Source: Heptranchias perlo
Lineage: Eukaryota
Direction: 5' to 3'
Assembly (NCBI RefSeq): GCF_035084215.1
Contig: NC_090348.1
Coordinates: forward strand, 25,854,001-25,918,000
DNA: 64,000 nucleotides
Part shown: piece by piece, positions 38,850 to 49,339 of the stretch
How positions within the stretch are numbered: position 1 is the first letter of the stretch
Layout of the letters: every line of letters starts with the position of its first letter
Made by a program: the position numbers and the translations under genes
Notes under the pieces: generated by a model
Database searches by the model: none
What the model saw: only the letters and a program-made list of their open reading frames with translations
What the model was told of the DNA's origin: nothing

Positions 38850-39055
38850 ATAGGAACAGGAGCAGGCCATTCAGCCCCTCGAGCCTGTTTTTCTATTTAG
38901 TGCGATCATGGCCGATCTGTATCCTAACTCCATCCACCTATCTTGGTTCCATGTCCCTTAATACCCCTGGCTAGCAAAAATCTATGGATCTCCAATTTAG
39001 ATTTTTTAATTCAGCTAGCATCTACTGCTTTTGCGTGAAGTGTTTCCTAGAATTT
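38850..39055 (-). mobile_element. CR1 3' end fragment
   Basis: AGGAGCAGGCCATTCAGCCCCTCGAGCCTG is the reverse complement of the CR1 3' UTR seen at ~63390-63440. Confidence 0.75.
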
Positions 39056-39708
39056 GGTCCAACATAAGCTCGTGTATTTTCTGATTCACCCCTCTCCCCT
39101 TCCCCGCCCCCCCCCCCCCCCCTTATAAACTATAACATCCAGTGATCGTTGAGTTGCCCAAATTGTGCCTTTTTAGCTTTTGGTCTCCACCATAACAGCA
39201 TAATTTAATCAGTCTGTAAGAACTGCTGAGGTACAGCCACCAATCACAATGATGGAATTTGCTCTTAAGGGGACGGGTATCAAAGTTTGAAATTCCTTTT
39301 GGTTTTATTGTTGTCTGGACTTTTTAACAGCTAAATTTTTGGCAGCTATTAAATTATCCTCATTTTAATGAGGAATGATAATTACATGTTATGAGGTACT
39401 GCGGAAAAATCTGATGGTCTGCACAGGTCATATTATACTATACATCCCTTCATGCAGCCCACTGCAGTGATATTGCTAATGATCTGCACTCCTTGTACAC
39501 TTGCAGATTTTTATACTAATATGTTGACCGTGGTGTCGGTATGTTATGGAATAGCGGATTTCAGTAGCATTGTTAGATTCAAGTCAGAAGATCCTGGTGT
39601 TGCTTGGGGAAAGAAATGAAAGGCAAGAAAGAAGAACTTGGCCAAACAGTTGAATGTTGTAAACGATTTTACAACACCAAGTTATAGTCCAACAATTTTA
39701 TTTTAAAA

Positions 39709-39747
39709 TTCACAAGCTTTCGGAGGCTTCCTCCTTCCTCAGGTGAA
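39709..39747 (-). ncRNA. Minimal hammerhead ribozyme motif (antisense to MOV10L1)
   Basis: Reverse complement reads TTCAC CTGAGGA A GGAGG AAG CCTCC GAAA GC TT GTGAA; all stems intact. Confidence 0.8.
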
Positions 39748-40490
39748 TGTCAAGAAATCCTCGAACCTCTCACATTTATAAATCACAGAACAATATCTGG
39801 TGATTACAGATAGTCTTTTCAACTGCCCGTTGCCAAGGCAACCAAAGTGTTCAGACAGATAGGTGTTACCTACAGGGCCACCGAATATACAAACGGTGAG
39901 AACAAAAAAAAACAGAGAGAGAGAGAGGCAGAAACATCCGGAAGGAAAAGAGAGCAATTTACCCGTTATATTAAAAACAGATAACTTTTGTTCGCTGGTG
40001 GGGTTACGTGTAGTGTGACATGAACCCAAGATCCCGGTTGAGGCCGTCCTCATGGGTGCGGAACTTGGCTATCAATTTCTGCTCGATGATTTTGCGTTGT
40101 CGTGTGTCTCGAAGGGTAAGTGTACTCCAAGGCAGCCTTCGAGACACACGACAACGCAAAATCATCGAGCAGAAATTGATGGCCAAGTTCCGCACCCATG
40201 AGGACGGCCTCAACCGGGATCTTGGGTTCATGTCACGCTACACGTAACCCCACCAGCGAACAAAAGTTATCTATTTTTAATATAACGGGTCAATTGCTGT
40301 CTTTTCCTTCCGGATGTTTCTGCCTCTCTTTTTTGTTCTGGCCATTTGTATATTCGGTGGCCCTGTAGGTAACACCTATCTGTCTGAACACTTTGGTTGC
40401 CTTGGCAACGGGCAGTTGAAAAGACTACCTGTAATCACCAGATATTGTTCTGTGATTTATAAATGCGAGAGGTTCGAGGATTTCTTGACA

Positions 40491-40529
40491 TTCACCTGAG
40501 GAAGGACGAAGCCTCCGAAAGCTTGTGAA
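40491..40529 (+). ncRNA. Minimal hammerhead ribozyme motif with one stem II mismatch
   Basis: TTCAC CTGAGGA A GGACG AAG CCTCC GAAA GC TT GTGAA; a G>C change gives a C-C mismatch in stem II. Confidence 0.7.
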
Positions 40530-40792
40530 TTTTAAAATAAAATTGTTGGACTATAACTTGGTGTTGTAAAATTGTTTACAATTGTCAACCCCAGTCCATC
40601 ACCGGCATCTCCACATCAAAACAGTTGAATGATATAGGATGGGTTTTTAGAAATGCTACGATTCTGGAATCTAAAGGTCTTGACTCCTAATTAAATGTTT
40701 GTGGCTTTTCTCAGCTCTGAAAGTAACGAAGGGGATGGTGTACGTTGCCATTTTATTTATTTTGCGTATTTTATCTGTGATTTTGTTTTCAG

Positions 40793-41350
40793 GAACAAAG
40801 GAAAAGAGACGCATAGCCTTCTGAACTACAAGCTGGCAGGATGGGAGAGAGAAAATCAGTTCTTGTTGGGGTCACCACAAGTAGTTCTAACTCCATTTGT
40901 CTCTGAAAACACAGCCATACAACAACAGAGCCCCACGGGATTTGTGTCTAACTGTAGAGTGTCTCGATCCCAGCCATCATATGTGGGCCTCAGTTCTTCC
41001 CTTCCCAGAATATCAGTTCAGCCAGACTCTAAGTCCCCCTATGTGACTCTTGATCATACGGATGTACCTACACCTCGTGAGATAACTTCATATCAACAAG
41101 ATGTTAGACACAGTTCACAAAGCACTCAAGATAAATTGACAAAGAACCTTCCATTAGTCTCAGCAAGTTCTGTAAATCAGCTAAGTTGTCCACAAGCTTG
41201 TAATGATACTGATGTATTTGAAAGAGAAAGGAAAATCCAAAAATGTGAAAAGGTGAAACAAAAGCTCAATACAAATGCAGAAATTGGTGAAACAGCACTG
41301 CAAATACCACCTAATGGAAAAGCCTACGTAAACCTAGTGTGTGACGCAAA
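40793..41350 (+). CDS. MOV10L1: MOV10L1 coding exon 7 (ENKGKETHSLLNYKLAGWERENQF...IPPNGKAYVNLVCDAK)
   Basis: 558-nt open exon, ttttcag acceptor, gtaaga donor, phase 2/2. Both ends resemble human NKGDIPQNLVSCKLAGWDK and VPPGGKTFIVVICDGK. Confidence 0.92.
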
Positions 41351-41619
41351 GTAAGAGTCTTATTATTGAAAAGAATTTATTATTGAAAAATGTATTGACA
41401 TGCAGATCTGTGCCTGTAGCTTTAGAGGTAACTAGCACTAATTTTAATGTTTAAACTCTATTGAGATTTAAGTATTAGATATGATCAAAATTTATGTACA
41501 CATAAAGTGAAAGTCTCATCTAATTTTGCCGGAATGTTCTCATTCCTTTTTTGGTTTTTAAAAGCCTGTTCAGCCAACTGAAAGTAGATCAAGGAATTCC
41601 TGATCTCTAGTTTCATTGT

Positions 41620-42240
41620 GGTTGACCACTCCATTCTCCTCCACTGCCTTCCTCCTGCTGTTCACCTCTTTACCACCACGCTTGCAGGCTTCCATTCCCA
41701 CTTGTCCCAATGTACCCAGTATATCCTAGAATCATACAATGCAGAAGAAGGCCATTCAGCCCATCGTGCCTGTGCCGGTTCTGAAAAAGCTTTCCAAATA
41801 GTCTCACTCCCCTGCTCTTTCCCCATATCCCTGCAAATGTTTCCTTTTTAAGTATTTATCCATTTCCCTTTTGAAAGTTACTATTGCATCTGCTTCCACC
41901 ACTCTTTCAGACAATGCATTCCAGATCATAACTCGCTGAGTTTTAAAAAAAAATCTCTCCTCATCTTCCCCCTGGCTTTTTTGCCAATTATCTTAAATCT
42001 GTGTCCAGTGGTTACTGACCCTCCTGCCAGTGGAAACGGTTTCTCCTGTGATGGTTTCTCCTCCCGTGCCTACACTTCGATTTTCAATGTGCCATCTTTA
42101 TCCCTTCCTATTCTTCATGAACACGCTGCCTCTCGGAAATAGCCCATGTAGGGGATCAGTTTCCACGTATATGTTGATGACACTCAGCTGTACCTTTCAA
42201 CCATCGCCCATGACTCGGCAACTGTTGCTGCACTGGCCTC
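41620..42240. mobile_element. L2-like RT fragment (+) interrupted by a CR1 3' end (-, ~41727-42045)
   Basis: VDHSILLH.L before and FH.YVDDTQLY after the insert. The insert is a reverse-complement CR1 3' UTR (TAGAATCATAC...GGCCATTCAGCCCATCG). Confidence 0.7.
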
Positions 42241-42852
42241 TCAACATGTTGGGGCTGAAATTCTACTCCCATGCACTAGCACCAGGTACAGAGGAAGTGG
42301 AAAACCAAGGCCAGCGTCAGTGTGTTCAATTTGCATTGGCCCTGGCAGGAACTGGCGAAGCATTAGATTTGTACACCCCCTGTAGAGCAAATCTCACCTT
42401 GTGCATTTGGGGACATGTCCTTACTGCCCCACAGTTTGCGATACGGATATCATTGCAGTATGCCAATAGTTTATATTTTAGGAAAGGTTAGCTCAGGTAA
42501 ATGCAAAGTCAGCAATACAAATTATCATAGCCCCAGGGTTTCCATTTTTCATAATTCATTTCCCAATAAACTTCTGATCAAGTATGTAGAGTTAATTTTT
42601 TAGCATATCACAACAATATTTTATTCAAATCTGGAATATAATTGATTTCCGTGGTATGAATGTCAGCATCATAAATTATTGTTAATGGCGGAAGAGTTAA
42701 AATCACCTCAGGAGATGTTCGATATTACATTGTATTTTTAAAATAGTATTTATTTTACTTGCAATACACATTGCCTGAAACAAATTCCAGTAATTCACAT
42801 TTGTTTTCTTTCCGATGATTACCTTTTTAATGTAATTTTGACCTTATTACAG

Positions 42853-43053
42853 AAATCCTGGTCGTTGCAAAGAGCTTCTCTTGCTTTATTTTAATGGCTT
42901 TGTGATGGGACGTTACGTGGAGGTGGATGTGATAAGTGATGAGGAATCTCTCCTTGCACCTAGATCCCAATATCATTCCAGACAAGCCAAATCTCTTCAA
43001 ACAGATCAAAAGGAAACTAACTTCATGGTTGTGAGAGTGCAAAATCCTACACG
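42853..43053 (+). CDS. MOV10L1: MOV10L1 coding exon 8 ([37 protein letters not shown]...)
   Basis: AG/GT boundaries, phase 2/2. Resembles human [37 protein letters not shown]. Confidence 0.96.
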
Positions 43054-44939
43054 GTACTGTAAAGTTTTTGAAATGATATAGTAGCAGATCTCCTGTGGCA
43101 TTGCTCACTGTTGAATCAAAGGATTCGGTGTTTTATGACAAAGGAATGATGAAAAAAGTGTGATGGGGAATGTGTGAACTTAGAGAGGAACTGTGCATCC
43201 TTTCGGTGATGTCTCATGGAATTGCACACTGGCCATCCAGACCTGCTTTAGTTTAAAATGAGTTATATACATACTGGTTAGAAATATGACTAGTTACTTT
43301 CAGGTAGGGAATTCGGTCTGCCCAGTAATTGATTAAATGCATTAATTAAATAAACCTGGCTTGTGGGAAAGTAATAAATAAAAAGAGAAACAATCACACT
43401 TTCGGGGTAATGTATTAATGAAACAAATCTTTGGTAATAAATAGATTTTAAATATGGGCTTTTGGGAAAGTAAGAAGCATTAGAGAAGGAAAAATTAAGT
43501 GGTAAATTGGGTGAAATCAATGAAATAAAATCCAGTTTGTTTCCTTCTTGTGAGGAGTAGGAGTCACTGAATTTGGGTGAAATTAAATATAAACTCAAGC
43601 TTTTTGGCTGAAGTGGGATTTTAAATAAAATAGAAAAATAAATTAATTAAGTCAACTGGCACCGGTTACCTTGCCTTAAGTGATTTATAGCAATAATTAA
43701 ATACATTTGGATTCAAGTATCAAGAGCAGTATTAGAAAGAATGGGTTAAAATAAACTGGGGCACTGAGGTAGGCAATAAATAATGGACCTTGCAGAAGAG
43801 AATAAGACACTTGCAAATTAATTAATAATTAAATAAACTTGAGATTGGTGGAGCTTCTGGGATATTAATTAAATAACCATAGTGTCCTGATCAGGTGATC
43901 GCAAACGCACATTAAGGAAAGGAAGAAAAACTTAACTTGCATTCCAGTGGAGTGGAGGCCTGAGGAAGTTCCCAGGTGGGAGTCCCGAGTCAGGGTGGGA
44001 AAAACAGCAAGGATCGAGGCCTTATAATTGAGGATCAGATGCCAGAATCGGGACATCAAATGAATTGGACTGGAGCTTCTTGCATGAGGGAGGATTTTGG
44101 AAAGTAGCAGGGTTGGCAGCTGGAGGATGTTTCTGGATGGGAAGCCAGAGTCAGATGGAGGCCCTGGGACGTTCAGAGGCCAAGGCAGAAGGTGAAATGA
44201 ATTAAACTGGAGCTTCTTATCAGAATAAATTTGGTTTTCTTGCTTACCTGAAGTGGAGGGATAAATTAATTAAATTTAATCCTGGGCTTATGTGGAATGG
44301 GATGCAAGACTGGACCCAGGGTGGTAGGGGGAGAAATATTTAATTTAAAATTTAGGATTGGATTAGATTAGATGGGAAATAGTCTGAAAGGTGGCAAGTG
44401 TTTAATAAGAGGGAGAAAAATTAATGTAAAAATTAAAATACAAAACTAGAACTTATTAAAAGAGAAAATAAAATATAGTCTGAAAATTTGCAGAAAAATG
44501 GAGAATGGGAGCCTCTGAAGCTCCATCTAGTGGTAGAAGTTTGCAGCTACAGGTATGACTTGTTTGCCTGTGACACCTAGTAACTGCATAATGGGAAATC
44601 CTATTGAGATGCCACCTGATGGAAATAAGGAGTAAGTGACAAAAAGTAAAACATTATGAAGATTTGCCATTACTGTTTTCAGATATATAAATCATACAAG
44701 ATTAAGAAGGTATTTGGAAAATTTAATTTCAAAAAAATATCTGATTATGGGACCATAACCTTGAAAGATTAAAACCGCTCTACAGTTTAGTTGATCATTG
44801 TGCTGGGGATCAAACAATTTGGCAAATGAGGTTAAAAATGGATTTTAAATGGAGAACAGCATATCAAATGTGAGCAGCCAGATTCTTCAGTTGTGGAATT
44901 TATTGAAAGTAGCTGATGTCTTTAAGGCAGAATAGCTTT

Positions 44940-45352
44940 TTTTTCATTTGTTCATGGGATGTGGGCGTCGCTGGCAAGGCCAGCATTTATTGCCCATCCC
45001 TAATTGCCCTTGAGAAGGTGGTGCCTTCTCGAACAACTGAGTGGCTTGCTAGGCCATTTCAGAGCGATTAAGAATCAACCACATTGCTGTGGGTCTGGAG
45101 TTACATATAGGCCAGACCAGATATGGATGGCAGGCTTCCTTCCCTATTAGTAAACCAGATGGGGTTTTACGACAATCCGGTAGTTTCATGGCCACCATTA
45201 CTGATACTAGTTTTTTTTTATTCCAGATTTTTTATTTAATTGAATTTAAATTCCCTAGCTGCCATGGCGAGATTTGAACTCATGACTCTGGAATATTAGT
45301 CCAGGCCTCTGGATTACTAGTCCAGTAACATAACCACTATGCTATCGTACCC
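44940..45352 (-). mobile_element. tRNA-derived SINE, near full length, with LINE-type tail
   Basis: On the minus strand, A-box-like TAGCATAGTGG and B-box-like GAGTTCAAATC; tail shared with the LINE end at 30540-30625. Confidence 0.8.
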
Positions 45353-45441
45353 TGATTTTGTAGGGAGTGGAAAGCACTTTCAGAAATTTGGACAACAACT
45401 CATCTAGTTTTTAATATTAACTTTGTGAATATTCTATCTAG

Positions 45442-45556
45442 ACTTGCCAGAAGACACATACCTAGCTTTCTCCCACAATACCCCATACCTGAGAGGTTGA
45501 AGGAGTGCATTGAAAAAGGCGCAGATGTCCTCACTATTCAGCCAAATCTCGTGGAG
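45442..45556 (+). CDS. MOV10L1: MOV10L1 coding exon 9 ([24 protein letters not shown]...)
   Basis: AG/GT boundaries, phase 2 to 0. Resembles human [22 protein letters not shown]. Confidence 0.96.
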
Positions 45557-45650
45557 GTTAGTAACTTAACTTATTTGCAGTCAGCCCATTTCCAGTTTTA
45601 AAAGAAAAATGATACCTTTTTAAAGTGAATATTTGTTTGAATCCTTTTAG

Positions 45651-45828
45651 GCAATGAATATGCTAAAATATAAAGACCGTTTCTCAACTCTTCTGTGGCT
45701 AGAGGAGATTAACGCTGAGTTGGAGATAAGAGCATTTAACATGATTGCAGTGGTCTTAAAAAAGTGTGGAGACTGCCTAATTCTGGAGGTGCCAGGGTTG
45801 ATTGAAGGCCGGCCATCTGTAGTTATTG
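45651..45828 (+). CDS. MOV10L1: MOV10L1 coding exon 10 (AMNMLKYKDRFSTLLWLEEI...LEVPGLIEGRPSVVI)
   Basis: AG/GT boundaries after a 94-nt intron. Conserved FSTLLWLEEI and LEVPGLxEGRPS motifs. Confidence 0.96.
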
Positions 45829-46034
45829 GTTAGTTGGACATAAATCCATTTATAAACTCTGTAGACTATTAGGTTTTGAGCCAATTCATCGTGTGCTGTT
45901 GCCCCAGTTTGGGAGGTCGGAAGGGACAGTTAGCCCAGTTAGTCCCCAAAGTTACCGCTATCTGATCGTTTAAAATTGTATTTCAATTATTTGTCTCAAA
46001 GTTAATTTATATTTCTAGCTCAGCTATTCTTGGG

Positions 46035-46210
46035 CACCTGAGAGGGCAGACGGTGCCTCGGTTTAACATCTCATCTGAAAGACGGCACCTCCATCAGTGC
46101 ATCACTCTTTCTGCACTGAAGTGCCAGCCTAGATTATCCGGTGTGGGCTTGAAGTCACAACCTTCTGTCTCAGAGGCGGGAGTACTACCACTGAGCCAAG
46201 ACTGACACTT
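46035..46210 (-). mobile_element. Deu-SINE 5' fragment
   Basis: Reverse complement of the 862-1040 SINE head. Confidence 0.7.
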
Positions 46211-46873
46211 TGTGGATATAGGTAGTATTAGGGAATAATGCTACCAGTAAGTTTTAGGGAAAAAACTTAAAACAGGATCTGCTGCTTGCACTTAGTGGTA
46301 GGACCTCTTATTGGTATAGACCAGGGATTGAAGTTGGAACACCCCTAGTCTACATGGTCCAGTATTGCTGTGTGCATTTATCCACTGAGCAATGAGGGGA
46401 GCCCCAGCACTACTGTTTTAATTAAAATATTGTATTCTGTCTCTGCCCATAAAATGAAAAAAGTTCAGATAATATAAGGGATAGTCTGATCATTTTTTTT
46501 GCACTGAAAAAGATTGAATTGACTAATAATTTGAATGAAGCAATATACATAACACAGCAAAATAGGAATTTGTCAAAAATTTAATTAACTTGAATTAAGC
46601 AAATCAAGTAATTTTCAAGTGAAATCACACACAACCTAAGTTTGACGGTCGCAACGACAGCATTTTATGTTCAAGGTCACATGACTTCCTTTTATGCAAA
46701 TCTTTTGGGAAACAAGTAGCTGAAAGGTTTTTTTTTACTTTACCGATTAGATATGAAGGGTATAGCATATGATTAGATAAAAGTTGCATTGTTAAATGCA
46801 ATGTTTGTACAAGTGTCTCTTCATTTACTTTCAGTGAAGTGCTCCAAAAATATTTTTGTTTGTTTGTCATTAG

Positions 46874-46944
46874 GTGACCGAATAATTTTGAAGAAAACTA
46901 GTTACACAGAAGCTGAAGTGCGGTATTGTGGCTATGTTACTAAG
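46874..46944 (+). CDS. MOV10L1: MOV10L1 coding exon 11 (GDRIILKKTSYTEAEVRYCGYVTK)
   Basis: AG/GT boundaries, phase 1 to 0. Resembles human [24 protein letters not shown]. Confidence 0.9.
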
Positions 46945-48200
46945 GTAAATGGGTAACTGCACGCTGGGCTCTGGAAAGAGTGCAGTACCTAATTCAGTTA
47001 CTGATTTTAAAATAGTTCCCATACTTATTACAAACAGTGAGCCTCATCCCTGGCACTTCAGAAGCAGAGTTTTTACTTTCAAAATTAAGTGAAATTGTGG
47101 ACATTGAAAAAACAGCTTTTATTGGTTCTAAATATTCAAACATTTGTATTAAATCAGAAAAAAAACAAGTTCATACTGTGTAACTTTAAAGGGACCCTTA
47201 CACTGGTAGCTGAATTCATTGAGGAACTTTTTTTGTCTTTGATTTTACATTTTGTCATTCACACTAGGTGCTGGTGACTTTTGGTAGATACATTAAATAA
47301 TCCTATTGAGAAATTAGGATGTGGCTGTACTTTGGCTTCTACTTAAATTCCTCCCTATAGACGTATCAGATGTTCATCTTTCTGGTGATTATGGTGTTAT
47401 ATTTCCAGCATATGAACCCTTTGAAGTGCAGCTTACCTCCCTCCCTTCGCTGTGGCCTTGCCAATTCTCTGGCTGTAGGCTGCTGCAGATCCCAACCTTC
47501 TGCTTTTTCACCTTCTAATATAGAGTGCTTGGTTAATTGTTCTTGTGCTGTAAGGTGCCAACCTCTTTCCTTAAAGCTGCCCTCTTTAAAGGAACTAGAA
47601 GGTGACCTGGGTGGGTGAGGAGGAGTTGCAAGAAGACCCTACGACCTGCAAACAGCATTTGAAAATCATGATAGGACCATGTTCCTCTTTTCCTGCTCCC
47701 TCCTGCCCTCTTTGAATGACGTGAATAGTCCATTATTGTGTAGCTATAAACTGCATTCAAAGATTGAAGACCGTATTGAAGATAGCTAAGCTAATTTTAA
47801 AGACTTCCATTTTTTTAAAGATTCATAGAGGTATTGTGCTATACAGACAACTTTGAAGATGTGTCAAATTTATAAAGAAAATTTAGAACATTTCAGAGCA
47901 CGGATGTTGTTTCCTCAAAGTGGGAAAATAAATGTCTGACTTCAAGGGAATATCTTTTAATTACCTTGAATAATGTCATGAATTTTGTGCTTGCCTCATC
48001 TCTCCTCCTTCACTGAACTTGGGGGCTTGCGCTAAATGTACTGTTTCAAATGTGCCTTAGGCGCCACAGTATTTCATTTAGATGGCCATTCTTGGTGAGT
48101 AAGGCTATTTGACTGGGGAGAGCATTGCAGTCAAGACTGATTCTGCCTCCGCTTATGCACTTTTTAGTATGGGTCACTGGATAGTGTTCAGGGTTAGGTA

Positions 48201-48425
48201 CTTTTTCCTTCCTTTTTTCTTTTTCTTTAATAACTTTGAACAAAACAAAGGGAAACTTATAAAAGTAAATCATCATATTCCTGGTAACTACAAAATGCTC
48301 CAGTCCCTGCAGTGCCCACTGGTTGCGGAAAGCCTCAAGTGTACCGGTGGACACCACACGCTCCCTCTCCAGGGCCACCTGGGGACAGACCAGACTGCAG
48401 AAGAGAGGCAGGCAGCCAGAGCGTT
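48201..48425 (-). mobile_element. L1/Tx1-like LINE 3' end
   Basis: Minus-strand ..VALERERVVSTGTLEAFRNQWALQG resembles Tx1-type ORF2 C-termini, followed by ATTAAA and an A-rich tail. Confidence 0.6.
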
Positions 48426-48679
48426 TCTACCCCACCCCCCACCCCGGACTGTGTCCATCCTGGACCTATAGAGGACACTGAAGCCACATCACTGCTTCAT
48501 TTGAGACCCTCTAACTCAGCATACGGATCAAACATGGGGCTGTTCTGGTCTCTTGTGACTTAGTTTCCCATTTGTTCTGAAGTCTTATGTCATGTTGTCT
48601 TCCCTGGTTTAGATGTATATAGCAGGTCTTTCTGTACTCAGAAAAGTAAATAGTTCGTTCCTCCTCTCTCTTGGTACAG

Positions 48680-48771
48680 GTTTGTGAAGACGAGCTGGAG
48701 CTGATGTTTAATGCTTCATTTCAACAGACCTATGGAGGGGAGCCTGTGGATGTAGAGTTCACGTATAGCAG
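48680..48771 (+). CDS. MOV10L1: MOV10L1 coding exon 12 (VCEDELELMFNASFQQTYGGEPVDVEFTYS)
   Basis: AG/GT boundaries, phase 0 to 2. Resembles human [31 protein letters not shown]. Confidence 0.93.
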
Positions 48772-48910
48772 GTAAAACGGGATGAACAGTAATTGCCTTT
48801 TGAAAAACATACTTTAAAGAAGAAATTAATAGCACTGGAATTCACCTCACAAAATTAGTTGGTACAGCCTAAGAATTGGTCTATATTCATTTGGAATGCT
48901 TATGTTTTAG

Positions 48911-48969
48911 AATCTCAACCCGGAGATGTCAGTTTGCAGTGGAACAAGCTTTTCATCTTGGTGAAGCAG
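48911..48969 (+). CDS. MOV10L1: MOV10L1 coding exon 13 (ISTRRCQFAVEQAFHLGEA)
   Basis: AG/GT boundaries, phase 2 to 1. Resembles human TTSRRCHFALEHVIHLGVK. Confidence 0.92.
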
Positions 48970-49339
48970 GTATAATGACTTCTTCTAGAGGAACTTGTTG
49001 TTTTCTGACAAATGTCAAAGCGAGAGGAATTTTTGGGGTTTTCACCTCTGACATTTGGAAGTGGCAACATGATTTGTATTTGAAGTTTTAAAGACTGTTA
49101 AATGTTGTAAAGGTTTCAAGTAAACTAGTGAAAACTGACCTACTTTAGAAAGCTAATTTGCTATTTTGTTTATCTTGCTATTTCTCATCTGTATCATAAA
49201 GAACATTATTAATTATGTTGAGAAAGGTAATGATTATGGTTTCTCAGTCATTTCGCAGGGTTCAGATTGCAACCTTGCAGTCACTGGTATGTATCTATTA
49301 TTTTATACTGTGGAGCCTACTGGAATTCTTTGAGAAGAT

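Larger units (their letters stand above)
39657..40618. mobile_element. Penelope-like element, truncated, in inverted (palindromic) arrangement
   Basis: Arms 39657-40115 and 40136-40581 are inverted copies. Both encode a GIY-YIG-type C-terminus (RQRKIIEQKLIAKFRTHEDGLNRDLGFMSHY). 13-bp TSD AAACAGTTGAATG at 39644-39656 and 40619-40631. Confidence 0.9.

Noticed and set aside
40004-40247. Two overlapping near-identical 75-aa ORFs on opposite strands
   Set aside because: A direct consequence of the Penelope palindrome, not genes.
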